DNA of 64,000 nucleotides, taken from contig CBDUCB010000001.1 of the NCBI GenBank assembly GCA_965365545.1, forward strand, positions 8,649 to 72,648, in the 5' to 3' direction. The stretch is from an uncultured Roseobacter sp. (GTDB lineage Bacteria > Pseudomonadota > Alphaproteobacteria > Rhodobacterales > Rhodobacteraceae). The notes below the pieces were generated by a model that made no database searches, was not told where the DNA came from, and saw only the letters and a program-made list of their open reading frames with translations. This document shows, in pieces, positions 46,859 to 55,626 of this stretch (position 1 is its first letter; each line of letters begins with the position of its first letter). Made by a program: the position numbers and the translations under genes.

Positions 46859-47886
46859 GTGGTCATCACCGAGGGGTGAAACATCTCATCCGGGCTGACC
46901 CGCCGGGCGGACAGAAACTGCTGATCTGAATAGCGGCATACGGCGTCAAGCTCAGACCTGTTGGCACTGACGCCGTAACGCCAGTAATCGGTGCCCATTG
47001 CCGCGATGGTGCTTTCAAGTCCGGCGCCGAGCCAGGGCAGAGACAGGCGGTTTGCGTTGCCCAGCCAGACATCGCGCAGACGCGTCAGCGCTATATCGCG
47101 CGCGGCAACCAGACCGTCATAGAGCACGGACGGCAGCCAGGGGTGTTCGTCGCAAAGGGATCTGCGCACGCCGATAAGGTGCATAATCGGGAAAAAGCCG
47201 GTTCTGGCATGCCAGGCCTGCTCTTCTCGCTGAAAATCCGGGAAGATGCGCCTGATCTGCGGGTTGCCATCAAGAAAGGCCACGGGCGGCTTCGGGGCGA
47301 GAACCCCGTCGATCCGGCCGTCGAGCAAGAGCTGCTGCAGTGTCTCGCCGTCGTTTATGGGCGTAAGTTTCATATCGTCGGGCAACGCCAGTTCCAGGCG
47401 TTCACGGCGCACGCCCTGATCCAGCGCACCGGTGTGCCAGTGAATATCCTGCGCGCCGACACCTGCTTCGTCCTGCAGAATGCCGCGCATCCACAGCGCC
47501 GCAGTCATCTGGTATTCCGGCACGCCGATCTTTTTGCCGGCGAAATCCGCGAGCGAGGTGATACCTGAACCTTCGCGGGTCATGAAACCTGAGTGCCGGA
47601 AGGCGCGGCTGATGAATGCGGGCAGGGCGATGTATTCGCCTTCGCCCCGTGAAATCTGCAGAATGTAACTGGAAACGGACATCTCGGTAATGTCATAGGG
47701 CGCGTCGCCAACGGCTTTGGGAAACAGGCTGGCGGTGGGCTCGATAACGGATTGCAGACTGACCCCCGGCAGGCTCACGCGCCCGTCGTGCAGCGCCATG
47801 ACCCGGTCGTGATCCCATGTCGCAAAGCTCAGCTTCAGCGTGTCACCGGGCGTGGCCGGATGCGTGCGGGCGGCGGGCGCTGTCAT
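46855..47886 (-). CDS. 4,5-dihydroxyphthalate decarboxylase-like protein (periplasmic-binding-fold enzyme family)
   Basis: PhtD-like N-terminal region LKLSFATWDHDRVMALHDGRV... and body. The start is uncertain: either the ATG at 47886 or the GTG at 47904. Confidence 0.65.
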   Translation of the reverse strand: MTAPAARTHPATPGDTLKLSFATWDHDRVMALHDGRVSLPGVSLQSVIEPTASLFPKAVGDAPYDITEMSVSSYILQISRGEGEYIALPAFISRAFRHSGFMTREGSGITSLADFAGKKIGVPEYQMTAALWMRGILQDEAGVGAQDIHWHTGALDQGVRRERLELALPDDMKLTPINDGETLQQLLLDGRIDGVLAPKPPVAFLDGNPQIRRIFPDFQREEQAWHARTGFFPIMHLIGVRRSLCDEHPWLPSVLYDGLVAARDIALTRLRDVWLGNANRLSLPWLGAGLESTIAAMGTDYWRYGVSANRSELDAVCRYSDQQFLSARRVSPDEMFHPSVMTT

Positions 47887-47936
47887 ACGCCCCCGACCCG
47901 ACACTTTGCTGGGACACGGACCGGCCGGTGCATTGT

Positions 47937-48623
47937 TTAAACCACCTTTACCGTCATGCTGCCGAGGCCTTCGACGGCGATCTCCATTTCATCGCCCTTG
48001 ACGACCGGGCCCACACCGGAGGGTGTGCCGGACATAATGACGTCACCTGCGGCAAGTTCAAAGTATTCAGAGAGGTAAGAGATCATCTCCGGCACCTTCC
48101 AGATGAGCTGGTTCAGGTCGCCTTCCTGACGCAACTCGCCGTTTACTTTCAGTGTAATGGCCCCCTCGTCGGGGTTGCCGATGGCCTCGACCGTGTGGAT
48201 CGGACCAACCGGGGCGGAGCGCTCAAAGGCCTTGCCGATTTCCCAGGGGCGGCCGGCTTTCTTCATCTCACCCTGCAGATCACGACGGGTCATGTCGAGC
48301 GAGAGCGCATATCCATAGACATGATCAAGCGCGTTTTCGACGGGGATATTTTTGCCGCCGGATTTCAGCATTACCGAAAGCTCTGCCTCATGATGCACAT
48401 CGGACGTGTGGGGCGGATAGGGAAATTCGCCGCTGCCATCCAGATTGTTCGGATTTTTCTGGAAAAAGAACGGTGCCTCGCGATCCGGGTCATGACCCAT
48501 TTCAATGGCGTGCGCCGCATAATTGCGGCCGATACAATAGACGCGCCGCACCGGGAATTTTGCATCAGTGCCGGCAACTTCAAGTGCCACAACGGGGGGG
48601 GTGTCGATCACGAAATCAGTCAT
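47937..48623 (-). CDS. fumarylacetoacetate hydrolase (FAH) family protein, short form
   Basis: FAH domain (HHEAELSVML..., GTPSGVGPV). I moved the start to the ATG at 48623 (MTDFVIDTP). Confidence 0.85.
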   Translation of the reverse strand: MTDFVIDTPPVVALEVAGTDAKFPVRRVYCIGRNYAAHAIEMGHDPDREAPFFFQKNPNNLDGSGEFPYPPHTSDVHHEAELSVMLKSGGKNIPVENALDHVYGYALSLDMTRRDLQGEMKKAGRPWEIGKAFERSAPVGPIHTVEAIGNPDEGAITLKVNGELRQEGDLNQLIWKVPEMISYLSEYFELAAGDVIMSGTPSGVGPVVKGDEMEIAVEGLGSMTVKVV

Positions 48624-48778
48624 TGGGTCTCCAGACATTCGGTTGCAACAGCACAATAGCGCAGGTTAAACCAATCGCAACCAATTTTTTAATTTTATGG
48701 AAACGCTTGCCTGTACGGCTGTATCTGCCCTATAAACGCCGGTATCTGATATGAATGATCTACCAATTAGAGGTGAAA

Positions 48779-49468
48779 GTGCTGATAAAGCCTGTTCAGA
48801 CCGACAGAGATGCCGCGCTGGCCGCGCTGCGGACATTCATCACACAGGGCGGATATACCCCCGGTGACCGGCTGCCGTCCGAACGGGATCTGATCGAAAG
48901 CCTCAGTATGTCACGGGCGACCCTGCGCAAGGCACTCGATGCGCTTGAGCGTGAAGGGGTGCTTTGGCGTCACGTTGGCAAGGGTACGTTCATCGCGGAG
49001 GCCGATGGTAAGATCGGCGACCGTGGGCTGAACGAAATCAGCCACCAGCTGACGCCGATCAAGATGATGCGGGCACGGCTTGCCATTGAGCCTGCGATTG
49101 CCCGGGAGGCCGCGATTAATGCCTCCGGTGAGGCGATTGTGCGCATGAAGCTCATTCAGGAACGTGCCCGGGCAGCTGACTCCTGGGACGAATACGAGGT
49201 GCAGGACGATAACTTTCATCGTGCCGTGGCGCAGGCCAGTGACAATATTCTGCTCGTCGCGCTCTTTGATGAGCTGAACAGCGTCCGGCGCAGCATCGCG
49301 CTGAACATCGTGGTGCGCGGCACTGACCGGCCCCCGGATGGTCACCGCAGTTTTGAGCAGCATGAAGAAATTATCCGGGCCATTGACCAGCGCGAACCCG
49401 CCGCTGCCTACGAGGCAATGCGCACCCATATCAAATCAGTGTCCGCCAGGCTGTTTGAAGACGTCTGA
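48779..49468 (+). CDS. GntR family transcriptional regulator (FadR/FCD subfamily), copy 2
   Basis: Clear paralog of 37426-38121 (shared LPSER.L, LRKALDALEREG..WRHVGKGTF, MMRARLAIEPAIAREAA, AAYEAMRTH). I chose the GTG at 48779 because it follows GAGG and aligns with the copy-1 start. Confidence 0.8.
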   Translation: MLIKPVQTDRDAALAALRTFITQGGYTPGDRLPSERDLIESLSMSRATLRKALDALEREGVLWRHVGKGTFIAEADGKIGDRGLNEISHQLTPIKMMRARLAIEPAIAREAAINASGEAIVRMKLIQERARAADSWDEYEVQDDNFHRAVAQASDNILLVALFDELNSVRRSIALNIVVRGTDRPPDGHRSFEQHEEIIRAIDQREPAAAYEAMRTHIKSVSARLFEDV

Positions 49469-49555
49469 AGTGTCCCGGATGACTTCGCCTGTCGAAGTGC
49501 GCGCGGCCCGCGCTATATAAATGAGCCGACCCCCTTCTCACACGGAGAATTTACG

Positions 49556-51091
49556 ATGAGCGAGACGTTAGCGACGTTAATTGAGGCACATGCCGAGGAT
49601 CTTCCGGCCTTTGGTGCTCCGGACCGGGACTGGCTGAGTTATGGCGGTCTGCGCGGGCTTGCGAGCAGCGTCACCGCGTCCCTGCACGGCATGGGGATCG
49701 GACGCGGCGACCGGGTTGCCATCGTTCTGCCGAACGGGCCGGAAATGGCAGCGGCATTTGTCACCATCGCCCAGGTCGCAACGACAGCTCCGCTCAACCC
49801 GGCGTACCGCGAAGAGGAATACGATTTTTATCTGTCTGACCTTAAAGCGAAGGCGCTGGTGGTTATAGCGGGATACGACGGCCCTGCGCTGGCCGCTGCG
49901 CGCAAGGCCGACATGGCGGTGATCCGGCTCTCGGTGCCTGAGGGGGCGCCTGCGGGCTTTTTCGAGCTCAGCTCTGACCGCGAGGACCGCGCGGATGAAA
50001 GCGCGCCCGGCGTTGAGGATATCGCGCTGATCCTGCACACCTCCGGCACGACATCCCGCCCGAAGATTGTGCCGCTTCTGCAGGCCAATGTTGCCGCATC
50101 GGCCATTCATATCCGAGCCTCGCTGGAGTTGACGCAGGACGACCGGTGCATGAATGTCATGCCGCTTTTTCATATTCACGGGCTGATTGCGGCTGTCGCG
50201 GCCAGCCTTGCGGCCGGGGGATCAGTCTGGTGCGCGCCGGGCTTTGATGCGCTCAAATTCTTCGGCTGGATGAAGGATTCAAAGCCGACGTGGTACACCG
50301 CTGTGCCGACCATGCATCAGGCCATCCTGAGCCGGGCGGGCCGCAACGCGGAAACCATCGCCGAAACACCGCTGCGGTTTTTGCGGTCTTCTTCGGCCTC
50401 GCTGCCGGCCAGTGTGATGCGAAAGCTCGAGGAAACTTTCGGCGCGCCCGTTATTGAGGGATATGGCATGACGGAAGCCGCCCACCAGATGGCGTCAAAT
50501 CCGCTTGGCAAAGGCAGACAGCGCCCGGGCGCCGTAGGCCTTGAGGCTGGTCCGAAGGTGCGCATCGCCCATGAGACCGAAGACCGGATCACCGGCGGGA
50601 CAGGGGAGATTGTGATCTCCGGTCCCAATGTGACGCCCGGGTATGAGGGCAACCCGGACGCCAACGAGAAAAGTTTTTTCAGCGCCGAGGGCGCGCGCTG
50701 GTTCCGGACCGGGGATCAGGGAGCCTTTGACGATGAGGGGTATCTGCGGCTAACCGGCCGGCTGAAAGAAATCATCAACCGCGGCGGGGAGAAGATCAGC
50801 CCGCTTGAGGTAGATGATGTACTACTCGATCACCCGGACGTGGCTCAGGTCGTTACATTTGCGCTGCCCCATCCCAAGCTTGGCGAGGATGTCGCCGCGG
50901 CGGTCGTTCTGTCAGAAGGATCGGACGCGACCGAAAAGGATATCCGTGCTTTCGCCGCAGAGCGCATAGCCGATTTTAAAGTGCCGCGCCGGATCATCAT
51001 CATGGATGAGATCCCCAAAGGGGCAACAGGAAAGATGCAGCGCATCGGTCTTGCGGAAAAGCTGGGGCTCGTCGACCCGGCACAGAGTTGA
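49556..51091 (+). CDS. AMP-dependent acyl-CoA synthetase/ligase (oxalate-CoA ligase-like)
   Basis: AMP-binding motif LHTSGTTSRPK plus a C-terminal ligase domain. Confidence 0.85.
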   Translation: MSETLATLIEAHAEDLPAFGAPDRDWLSYGGLRGLASSVTASLHGMGIGRGDRVAIVLPNGPEMAAAFVTIAQVATTAPLNPAYREEEYDFYLSDLKAKALVVIAGYDGPALAAARKADMAVIRLSVPEGAPAGFFELSSDREDRADESAPGVEDIALILHTSGTTSRPKIVPLLQANVAASAIHIRASLELTQDDRCMNVMPLFHIHGLIAAVAASLAAGGSVWCAPGFDALKFFGWMKDSKPTWYTAVPTMHQAILSRAGRNAETIAETPLRFLRSSSASLPASVMRKLEETFGAPVIEGYGMTEAAHQMASNPLGKGRQRPGAVGLEAGPKVRIAHETEDRITGGTGEIVISGPNVTPGYEGNPDANEKSFFSAEGARWFRTGDQGAFDDEGYLRLTGRLKEIINRGGEKISPLEVDDVLLDHPDVAQVVTFALPHPKLGEDVAAAVVLSEGSDATEKDIRAFAAERIADFKVPRRIIIMDEIPKGATGKMQRIGLAEKLGLVDPAQS

Positions 51092-51139
51092 TTGGCCGTT
51101 TAAAACGGTGCAGTGCGCGGGCAGACAAAGAGGGTGACA

Positions 51140-52123
51140 ATGAAGATTTGTATTTTCGGGGCCGGGGCCATCGGCGGTTACATGGGTGTCAAACTGGCTC
51201 AGGCCGGCGCCGACGTCAGCCTTGTTGCGCGCGGCCCGCATCTGGCGGCGATGAAAGCCAACGGGCTCAGCCTGATCGAAGAAGGCGAAAAAACCACCGT
51301 TGAGGTGAACGCAAGCGATGATCCGGCTGATCTGGGCGTGCAGGACTATGTGATTGTCACGCTGAAAGCGCATTCCGTCCCTCCGGTCGTGCCAAAGATG
51401 CAGCCATTGATCGGGCCGCAGACAACGATCGTCAGCGGCGTAAACGGTGTGCCGTGGTGGTATTTCCATAAACTCGGCGGACCGCTTGAAGGTACGCGGC
51501 TTGAGACGGTCGATCCGGGCAACGCCCAGTGGGATGGCTTTGGGCCGGACCGAGTGCTGGGCTGTGTGGTCTATCCCGCCGCAGAGGTGTCCGAGCCGGG
51601 TGTTGTGCGCCATATCGAGGGCAATCGTTTCAGTCTTGGCGAACCCGATGGCAGCCGTTCGGATCGCGCAAAGGCACTTTCGGAGGCGCTCTCGTCCGCA
51701 GGTCTCAAGGCACCGGTGCGTCCGCGCCTGCGCGATGAAATCTGGGTCAAACTCTGGGGCAATCTGTCTTTCAATCCGATCTCGGCACTGACCCATGCGA
51801 CGCTGGATGTGCTGTGCACTGATCCGGGGACGCGGGCTGTTGCGCGGGACATGATGACCGAAGCACAGCAGATCGCTGAAAAACTGGGGGTGAAGTTCCC
51901 GATCGACGTGGACCGTCGCATTGATGGCGGCGCTGCGGTGGGTGCACACCGGACCTCTATGCTACAGGATCTTGATGCAGGTCGTCCGATGGAAATCGAT
52001 GCGCTGCTTGGCTCCGTTCAGGAGCTCGGCCGGATTACTGATACCGACACTCCCGTAATCGACACGCTGCTGGCGCTGACCAAACTGCGGGCGAAAACGG
52101 CAGGGCTTTACGGGCAGAATTAA
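51140..52123 (+). CDS. 2-dehydropantoate 2-reductase family oxidoreductase (PanE/ApbA-like)
   Basis: Rossmann motif MKICIFGAGAIGG and a KPR C-terminal domain. I moved the start to the ATG at 51140, which follows AGAGGG. Confidence 0.8.
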   Translation: MKICIFGAGAIGGYMGVKLAQAGADVSLVARGPHLAAMKANGLSLIEEGEKTTVEVNASDDPADLGVQDYVIVTLKAHSVPPVVPKMQPLIGPQTTIVSGVNGVPWWYFHKLGGPLEGTRLETVDPGNAQWDGFGPDRVLGCVVYPAAEVSEPGVVRHIEGNRFSLGEPDGSRSDRAKALSEALSSAGLKAPVRPRLRDEIWVKLWGNLSFNPISALTHATLDVLCTDPGTRAVARDMMTEAQQIAEKLGVKFPIDVDRRIDGGAAVGAHRTSMLQDLDAGRPMEIDALLGSVQELGRITDTDTPVIDTLLALTKLRAKTAGLYGQN

Positions 52124-52153
52124 GGCTCCTCGCTTTGAGAGGCTCTGATTAAA

Positions 52154-52227
52154 TGGAGGCGAGTAGGAGAATCGAACTCCTGTACACGGATTTGCAATCC
52201 GCTGCGTAACCACTCCGCCAACTCGCC
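52154..52227 (-). tRNA. tRNA-Cys (anticodon GCA), CCA encoded
   Basis: The minus strand reads GGCGAGTTGGCGGAGTGGTTACGCAGCGGATTGCAAATCCGTGTACAGGAGTTCGATTCTCCTACTCGCCTCCA. It has a 7-bp acceptor stem GGCGAGU/ACUCGCC, anticodon loop UUGCAAA and a T-loop GTTCGATTC. Confidence 0.9.
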
Positions 52228-52374
52228 GCCGGTGGTGCTCGCAAGGAGGTAGCCGATTAAACTTCCTGCCGCAAGTGGCGTGGAATATCAAATTTCGGGG
52301 GCTGAGGCGTTGCCGCAGGCGCACAACTGTGCGACACCTGAAATAACGTTATCTGAACGGATGAGTTTAGACAC

Positions 52375-53028
52375 ATGACTGACTTCGCAGCCCGCCGTAC
52401 AATGATGGTCGACACACAGGTCCGGCCTTCCGATGTGACAAAATTTCCTATCATTGACGCAATGCTCACCGTGCGCCGGGAAGACTTTGTCCCGTCCGGG
52501 AAACGTGAAGCTGCGTATATGGGGGAGAACCTTCCGCTTGATAAAAACCGGGTGATCCTTGAGCCCAGAACGCTGGCCAAGATGCTGGACTCGCTTGATA
52601 TCGCGAACGGCGAGCTGGTGCTCGATATCGGCGCGGGGCTCGGATATTCTTCCGCCGTGATCGCGCGGATGGCGGAAGCGGTGGTGGCTGTGGAAGAAGA
52701 TGAAGACTTTGCACGCGATGCCCAGGATGCACTGACCGAGGCGGGCGCGGATAATGTGATCCTTCACACCGGGCCGCTGAAGGAGGGTGCCGCACAGCAC
52801 GGACCCTATGACGTGGTCCTGATCCAGGGCGGTATTTCCGAGCTTCCGGCGTCTATTTCGGAGCAGGTCAAAGACGGCGGACGCATTGCGGCTTTGTTTA
52901 TGGAAAATGCCCTCGGAGAAGTTCGTATCGGGCGCAAACAGAACGGACAAATCTCGTGGCGAATGGCTTTTAATGCTTCTGCGCCGGTTTTGCCGGGCTT
53001 TGCGCGCGCGCCGGCATTTGAACTGTGA
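52375..53028 (+). CDS. pcm: protein-L-isoaspartate O-methyltransferase family protein
   Basis: SAM-binding motif VLDIGAGLGYSSAV and overall Pcm-like sequence. Confidence 0.85.
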   Translation: MTDFAARRTMMVDTQVRPSDVTKFPIIDAMLTVRREDFVPSGKREAAYMGENLPLDKNRVILEPRTLAKMLDSLDIANGELVLDIGAGLGYSSAVIARMAEAVVAVEEDEDFARDAQDALTEAGADNVILHTGPLKEGAAQHGPYDVVLIQGGISELPASISEQVKDGGRIAALFMENALGEVRIGRKQNGQISWRMAFNASAPVLPGFARAPAFEL

Positions 53029-53087
53029 TGCGGGCGATGGCGCAGAATGAGCGGGACAGGGGCTCACGAAAACCGGGGCAGAGAAAA

Positions 53088-54530
53088 ATGGTAAAGCAGA
53101 GAGTTACGGCGCCGCGCGGCAGAACGTTTCGGGGGCTCGCTCTTGGTATTTGTGTTCTTGCAGGCACCATTGCCGGGCCTTTGCGCGCGGAGACGCTCGC
53201 TGATGCGCTGGTTGGCGCCTATAACAACAGCGGCCTGCTCGATCAGAACCGTGCCCTGCTCAGGGCGGCAGATGAAGACGTCGCAACCGCTGCTGCTGCT
53301 CTGAAACCCATTCTGAACTATACGGCCTCCGTCCAGCGAAATTTCGGAGATGTGCGCAGCACGTCTCCCTTTGGTCTCGTGTCGACCAGCTCACTGAGCT
53401 CTTCCAACCTGAGCGCCGGCCTCGTCGCAGAATTGTTGCTCTACGACTTCGGCGCGACGCAGCTGGGGGTCGAAGCTGCTAAGGAAACCGTGCTGGCGAC
53501 CCGTCAGCAGCTGATCAGCATCGAGCAGAATGTCCTGCTGCGCGCCGTTTCAGCCTATCTCAGCGTTCTGGCCACGCGAGAATTTGTGTCACTGCGGCAG
53601 AACAACCTGCGGCTGCTGACACAGGAACTGCGCGCCGCACAGGACCGTTTCGAGGTGGGCGAGGTCACACGGACCGACGTGGCACAGGCCGAAGCACAGC
53701 TGGCAGGTGCCCGCAGCGGTCTTGCAACGGCGCAGGGCGATCTGCTGACGGCCATCGAGGAATACCGCAATGTGGTCGGGCGCACGCCTGACAATCTGCG
53801 GCCACCGCCCGCGCTGCCGGCGCTCCAGTCCGATGTGGAAGCGGCCCGGGCACTTGCCGTACGCGTACATCCGGATCTGCTGGCTGCACAATATGCAGTT
53901 GCCGCGGCTGAGCTGAACATTCTGCGCGCGCGGGCGGCCGTGAAACCGTCGCTGCGCGCCAGCGGTTCACTGTCGGTTCAGGATGATCTGAGCAGCAGCG
54001 ACTACACAAACTCAGGCAGCATCGGCATTACATTGTCCGGTCCGATCTATCAGGGCGGCGCCATCGATTCCTCGATCCGTCGTGCGATTGCCGCGCGTGA
54101 TGCGCAGCGGGGCAACCTTCTGGAAGTGCGCAAACAGATCTCGCAGGACGTAGGCGTGGCTTATGCGCAGCTCTCAGCGCAGCGCGCGAGCCTTGAGTCA
54201 ACGGATGAACGGATCCGGGCGGCTGATATTGCCTTCAACGGGGTGCGGGAAGAGGCGCAGCTGGGCGCGCGAACCACACTTGATGTGCTCGACGCAGAAC
54301 AGGAACTGCTGGATGCGCGCACATCACGGGTGTCGGCTCAGGCCAATCTCTATGTCGCTGCATATGCTGTTTTGCAGGCAACAGGGAGACTGACTGCGCG
54401 TGACCTCAATCTTGACGTGCAGCTCTATGACCCCGCCGCCTATTACAATCTCGTAAAAGACGCCCCCGTCGCGCGTTCACCGCAAGGTCAACAGCTTGAC
54501 CGGGTTCTGCGCTCTCTGCAAAAAAACTGA
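53088..54530 (+). CDS. tolC: TolC family outer membrane efflux protein
   Basis: Signal peptide ...LAGTIAGPLRAETLADAL and a duplicated TolC repeat structure. I chose the ATG at 53088. Confidence 0.85.
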   Translation: MVKQRVTAPRGRTFRGLALGICVLAGTIAGPLRAETLADALVGAYNNSGLLDQNRALLRAADEDVATAAAALKPILNYTASVQRNFGDVRSTSPFGLVSTSSLSSSNLSAGLVAELLLYDFGATQLGVEAAKETVLATRQQLISIEQNVLLRAVSAYLSVLATREFVSLRQNNLRLLTQELRAAQDRFEVGEVTRTDVAQAEAQLAGARSGLATAQGDLLTAIEEYRNVVGRTPDNLRPPPALPALQSDVEAARALAVRVHPDLLAAQYAVAAAELNILRARAAVKPSLRASGSLSVQDDLSSSDYTNSGSIGITLSGPIYQGGAIDSSIRRAIAARDAQRGNLLEVRKQISQDVGVAYAQLSAQRASLESTDERIRAADIAFNGVREEAQLGARTTLDVLDAEQELLDARTSRVSAQANLYVAAYAVLQATGRLTARDLNLDVQLYDPAAYYNLVKDAPVARSPQGQQLDRVLRSLQKN

Positions 54531-54600
54531 CATTTTAATCTACCCATTGTGCGAACACGTCCTGAGCACTACAATATGAGTGGGTAAGAGTGGTATTGAG

Positions 54601-55503
54601 ATGTCGAAACCAGTGACGAATTCGCAGGTGGAGGACGTGCTGTCGTCCATCCGGAGGCTTGTAAGCGACAACAAAAAAAACAGTGCTTCCGCGGGTGTTC
54701 TGCCGGTGCAGGATAAACTTGTTCTCACACCACAGCTTCGTGTTTCCGAAGATGGCTCTGAACCGCAGGCAGAAATCGCAGATACAGACGGCGCGCCGGC
54801 AGGTGCAGCGCCCGACACGGGAGATCTCCGCAGCCAGGTTTCTCATGAGAATATACCGGACGATTCCTCTTGTGACGCGCCGCTGCAGTTATCGCCCGAG
54901 ATGGCGGATGATGCCCTCGAAGGCATTGACAGCACTGAAGAACCCCTGCCTGACCAGTCTGCTGTACAGAAAACGGATGGCGATGGCGGATTTGTATTTA
55001 GCCGGCGGCACGCCCCGGCATCTTACGCCCGTGCTCCGCAAGTGACCGGGGCGGATGCCGACGAAGGGCCGCTGGATGTGTCGGTGCTCTCCCGTGCATC
55101 AGAAGCCGAAGCCAGATCACATCTTTCCGAAAAAATCGCAGCACTGGAAACCGCCATCGCTCGCACGGCGGATCAGTGGGAGCCGGATGGCAATGGTCGC
55201 GATGCTTATGCCGGGACCCGCGCGCCGTCGATGGAGTGGCGGGACGGTGTTTCTTTTGACGGCAAAGGGGTACCTTTGTCCGATGACGATCCGATACAGC
55301 CGGTCGCGACTGTCGATGACGAGGCAGATGTGCCCTGGGCGGAAGAGGATCAGATCATCGACGAAGAAGCGCTGCGCCTTCTGGTCGGCGATATTGTCCG
55401 GTCTGAGCTGCAGGGCGAACTGGGCGAGCGCATCACGCGGAATGTGCGCCGGCTGGTACACCGTGAGATAATGCGTGCCCTCGCGGCGCGCGATCTCGAC
55501 TGA
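54601..55503 (+). CDS. acidic DUF2497/PopZ-like protein
   Basis: Conserved N-terminal helix VEDVLSSIRRLVSDN, then a long acidic, proline-rich, low-complexity middle, then a helical C-terminus LVGDIVRSELQGELGERITRNVRRLVHREIMRAL. The position after pcm-tolC matches other alphaproteobacteria, judged from memory. Confidence 0.5.
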   Translation: MSKPVTNSQVEDVLSSIRRLVSDNKKNSASAGVLPVQDKLVLTPQLRVSEDGSEPQAEIADTDGAPAGAAPDTGDLRSQVSHENIPDDSSCDAPLQLSPEMADDALEGIDSTEEPLPDQSAVQKTDGDGGFVFSRRHAPASYARAPQVTGADADEGPLDVSVLSRASEAEARSHLSEKIAALETAIARTADQWEPDGNGRDAYAGTRAPSMEWRDGVSFDGKGVPLSDDDPIQPVATVDDEADVPWAEEDQIIDEEALRLLVGDIVRSELQGELGERITRNVRRLVHREIMRALAARDLD

Positions 55504-55626
55504 GCAGACCTGAACAAGTCGCACCTGTGTATCCCAGTTAGCGGATGTATCGCCCCGGACAATTGAGGGCTTTCAGGCGCTTCGCGTTTTGCGCAGACTG
55601 ACGGCGGATCTCAGAGGAACGTCCTG

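Noticed and set aside
52124-52374. tRNA-Cys as an integration hotspot or genomic-island boundary for the upstream catabolic block.
   Set aside because: There is no integrase, no recognisable direct repeat of the tRNA 3' end and no mobility genes anywhere in the window. The flanks are ordinary intergenic sequence.
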